Assembly: GCA_963769935.1 (NCBI GenBank)
Contig: CAVYNY010000015.1
Span: 1 to 64,000 of the forward strand
DNA length: 64,000 nucleotides
Reading direction: 5' to 3'
Source: an uncultured delta proteobacterium
GTDB lineage: Bacteria > Desulfobacterota > Desulfobacteria > Desulfobacterales > JAFDCJ01
Both the position numbers and the translations under genes were made by a program. The notes beneath the pieces were generated by a model, which worked only from the letters and a program-made list of their open reading frames with translations, was not told where the DNA came from and searched no databases. This document shows positions 61,835-64,000 of the stretch, piece by piece. Every line of letters starts with the position of its first letter. Position 1 is the first letter of the stretch.

Positions 61835-62806
61835 TCAGTTCGCCAAATAAAACAGAGTTAACTCCCCTTCAGTCTTCCGCCGTACCTTGTCCTCTTCCTC
61901 CAGGTATCTCAGATGCGCAATCGCCTCCCCCGTGGCAAACCATCTTTGCGCCACCGGGAAGTCGTTCCAATCATCATACTTTAAATCCCAGGTCATCCGG
62001 GAGGCAACCTCAAAGGCCGTCATGGATCTTCCCGCAAGAATGCCGAGCACTTCGTCCAACCGATGGCGATGATGGGTTTTCAGCTCCTCGATCCTGGCCG
62101 CAGGGTTTCTGATGAGACGCCGGTGGCCGGGCAGCACGAGGTCGATCTGCAATCCGGCTACCTTGTCCAGACTGGCTAAATAGTGCTTTAAGGGGTTTTG
62201 TTCATTCGACCAGCACTGTATGTTGGGGGTGATGTCGATTAAAATATGATCGCCGGCGACAAGGAGCTTTTTGGCCGGTTCATACAGGCAGGTGTGTCCC
62301 ATCGTATGGCCGGGAGTTGTCACGCATTTAAAATGATAGTCTCCGGCATGGATTTCGTCACCGTCATCAAGGACCTTTAATTCCGGGATCCAATCCGATC
62401 CATATTTGGCACCGGGATGTTTGTCCAGGGCGGCACGCAGCTCATTTTCAGGAAAGCCGTTGCGGCCGGCGTACGCGATCATGGCCCCAAAGCCTTCCCA
62501 GGACTCCATCAGTTCTTTCTCCGGCCGGCTGAAATAGACATTGCTGGCATCCGTTGCTAGTTTACCGACTAGCCCGAAATGATCGGCGTGCAGATGGGTG
62601 ATAAAAAAATCGGCTTTTTTCAGATCAATACCGAGTTGGTTCAGCCCGGCCTGCATGGCTGCCAGACATTCCCTGCGATTCAAGCCGGTGTCGATGATCA
62701 GACTTCTCTCTGCATCCCGTATCACATAGGAGTTCAAATATTTCAAGGGGCTTTCCGGCAGGGGAATTTCCAGCCGGAAAAGATTGGGCATTATTTCCTG
62801 GCACAT
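61835..62806 (-). CDS. Metallo-beta-lactamase fold hydrolase
   Basis: THLHADH, PGHTMGH, GDH, PGH. Confidence 0.9.
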   Translation of the reverse strand: MCQEIMPNLFRLEIPLPESPLKYLNSYVIRDAERSLIIDTGLNRRECLAAMQAGLNQLGIDLKKADFFITHLHADHFGLVGKLATDASNVYFSRPEKELMESWEGFGAMIAYAGRNGFPENELRAALDKHPGAKYGSDWIPELKVLDDGDEIHAGDYHFKCVTTPGHTMGHTCLYEPAKKLLVAGDHILIDITPNIQCWSNEQNPLKHYLASLDKVAGLQIDLVLPGHRRLIRNPAARIEELKTHHRHRLDEVLGILAGRSMTAFEVASRMTWDLKYDDWNDFPVAQRWFATGEAIAHLRYLEEEDKVRRKTEGELTLFYLAN

Positions 62807-62911
62807 GGTTTTTAGTCCAACGATATGGATAGCAACGTTTCTAGTGCTACTTGATTTTAGGTTACCGTTAAATTTCTAATAGGACAGAAGACAGAAAATA
62901 GATGACAGAAT

Positions 62912-62998
62912 TTCTGAGTTCAGCCCCGCCGGGCCTCTCCGAACTACAGGCCCTACCCTATCCCCGATCTGTATGGCTGCGGCTGGAAGCAAACCCGA
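62912..62998 (-). ncRNA. Candidate structured RNA upstream of MBL gene
   Basis: Closing stem ttcgggtttgcttc / ggggctgaactcagaa, inner hairpin gggcct..aggccc, just downstream of TTGACA-N18-CATATT. Confidence 0.3.
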
Positions 62999-63280
62999 AT
63001 CTATGTCAAAGAGCGGAATATGGCACAGCGCCAATCAATTTGTCAACCCGTATCCGGCGACAAAAGATAGAAGGTGAGAGGGTGAGAAGTTGGGAAGTTG
63101 GGATGAAGGGCAAAGAGCATAGCGCATAGCGCATAGCGTCAAACTCAATCAACCCGTTCAACTTTTATTCAATACGTTTCACAATCCGCAATCCGCAATC
63201 GAAAAGCCCGCAACTTTCGTTGTATAAAAAAATACAATGATTAGATAGCGGGAATGGTGATCTTGTAAGGGAATCTACAA

Positions 63281-64000
63281 TCAATTCTGGAGGGATTGGC
63301 GGGCCACCTGGGCTTCGGTTGATTCAGGATATTTGCTGCAAATTAATTGCAGACACTTCTGGCCTTTGGCGGCCATCCCTTTTTGATCATAGGCCCGGGC
63401 AAGCTTGAGTAAAGCGGTCGAAACCCCCGGCGAGTCCGGCACTTTTTTCAACAGCATGGTCATAATCTTTACCGCGTTTTCCAGGTGGCCGGTGGCCGCA
63501 AACATGATACTGAGTTGAATATATAACTGGGGCGTAAGACGGGCCTGGCTGGTATGGCGGATATATTCCTGATAGATGTCATGCGCCTTTTGGTAAGTGT
63601 TATAGCTGCGCGTGAGCTCAAATATCAATTTTTTTGTCACATTGTGAAATTTTTCATCATCGGGATCCAGTTTGTAGACATTAAAAAGGTGCGTCAGGGC
63701 ATCGATATTTTCCGGCTCTTTGGCCAGCACCTTTTCGAGCAATTGACGCCCCCTTTCCATGTCCAGCTCACCGATGTGTTTCAAGGCTTTTTCAATCAGG
63801 GGAGCTATTTCGTCGACCGGTGCTTCTGCAATCACATCGTGGTCGAAACCAAGGGCAAATTTCAGGCAGATGAAGCCGAAAAGCGCACCTCCGATCAATC
63901 CGCCGATATGGGCCGCATAGGCCACATGGCTGGCCCCGCCGAAAAACAGCTGAAAAAATTCATTTCCCACCCAGATGGGCAAAAGTATGATGGCCGGAAT
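63281..64000 (-). CDS. Rhomboid intramembrane protease with C-terminal TPR region (5' end outside window)
   Basis: VAYAAHIGGLIGG rhomboid His motif followed by TPR-like helices. Confidence 0.8.
   Translation of the reverse strand: MPAIILLPIWVGNEFFQLFFGGASHVAYAAHIGGLIGGALFGFICLKFALGFDHDVIAEAPVDEIAPLIEKALKHIGELDMERGRQLLEKVLAKEPENIDALTHLFNVYKLDPDDEKFHNVTKKLIFELTRSYNTYQKAHDIYQEYIRHTSQARLTPQLYIQLSIMFAATGHLENAVKIMTMLLKKVPDSPGVSTALLKLARAYDQKGMAAKGQKCLQLICSKYPESTEAQVARQSLQN

Noticed and set aside
63070..63200. Short 7-8 bp tandem tracts (GAGAAGTT, GCATAGC, CAATCCG; also 43735-43815 and 16823-16857) as coding or phase-variation loci
   Set aside because: Intergenic, degenerate and downstream of genes; no link to a reading frame or promoter spacer

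Overview
A 64 kb window, probably from a Desulfobacterota (Desulfobacterales-like) genome. This assignment is inferred from gene content and intergenic repeat style. Scattered single-base frameshifts suggest unpolished long-read sequence. There are three parts. (1) 1-~2195 is a more AT-rich signalling segment (receiver protein, REC-GGDEF-EAL) joined abruptly, mid-gene on both sides, to a V/A-ATPase proteolipid gene. (2) ~2.2-41 kb is a stress/pH-homeostasis island: a Thermus-like V/A-ATPase (G/H, I, K), a P3A-type H+-ATPase, two DegP proteases, FtsH, two USPs, two secreted PRC-barrel/OB-fold paralogues, GH63-like and GH15 glycosidases, glucose dehydrogenase, zwf, EmrAB, DedA-PAP2-LssY, UPF0182, a sensorless HisKA_3 kinase and a stand-alone receiver. 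(3) ~42-64 kb holds a 2-oxoacid catabolic cluster (porCDAB, Ldh_2, HpcH aldolase, VOC, SDR, D-2-hydroxyacid dehydrogenase, DUF362), an RND efflux system, an acyl-CoA ligase subunit, an MBL hydrolase and a rhomboid 3' end. The strongest unannotated signal is eight ~92-bp promoter modules in the island. They share one architecture (TGTMAGA...TCCTAC...CCGATAC, then a TAnnnT hexamer exactly 21 bp after CCGATA), each points at a gene, and together they define a candidate NarL/LuxR-type regulon. A second 19-bp motif precedes three other island operons. Several MITE/REP families, including nested hairpin elements, fill the intergenic regions. No rRNA, tRNA, CRISPR array or intact transposase was seen.
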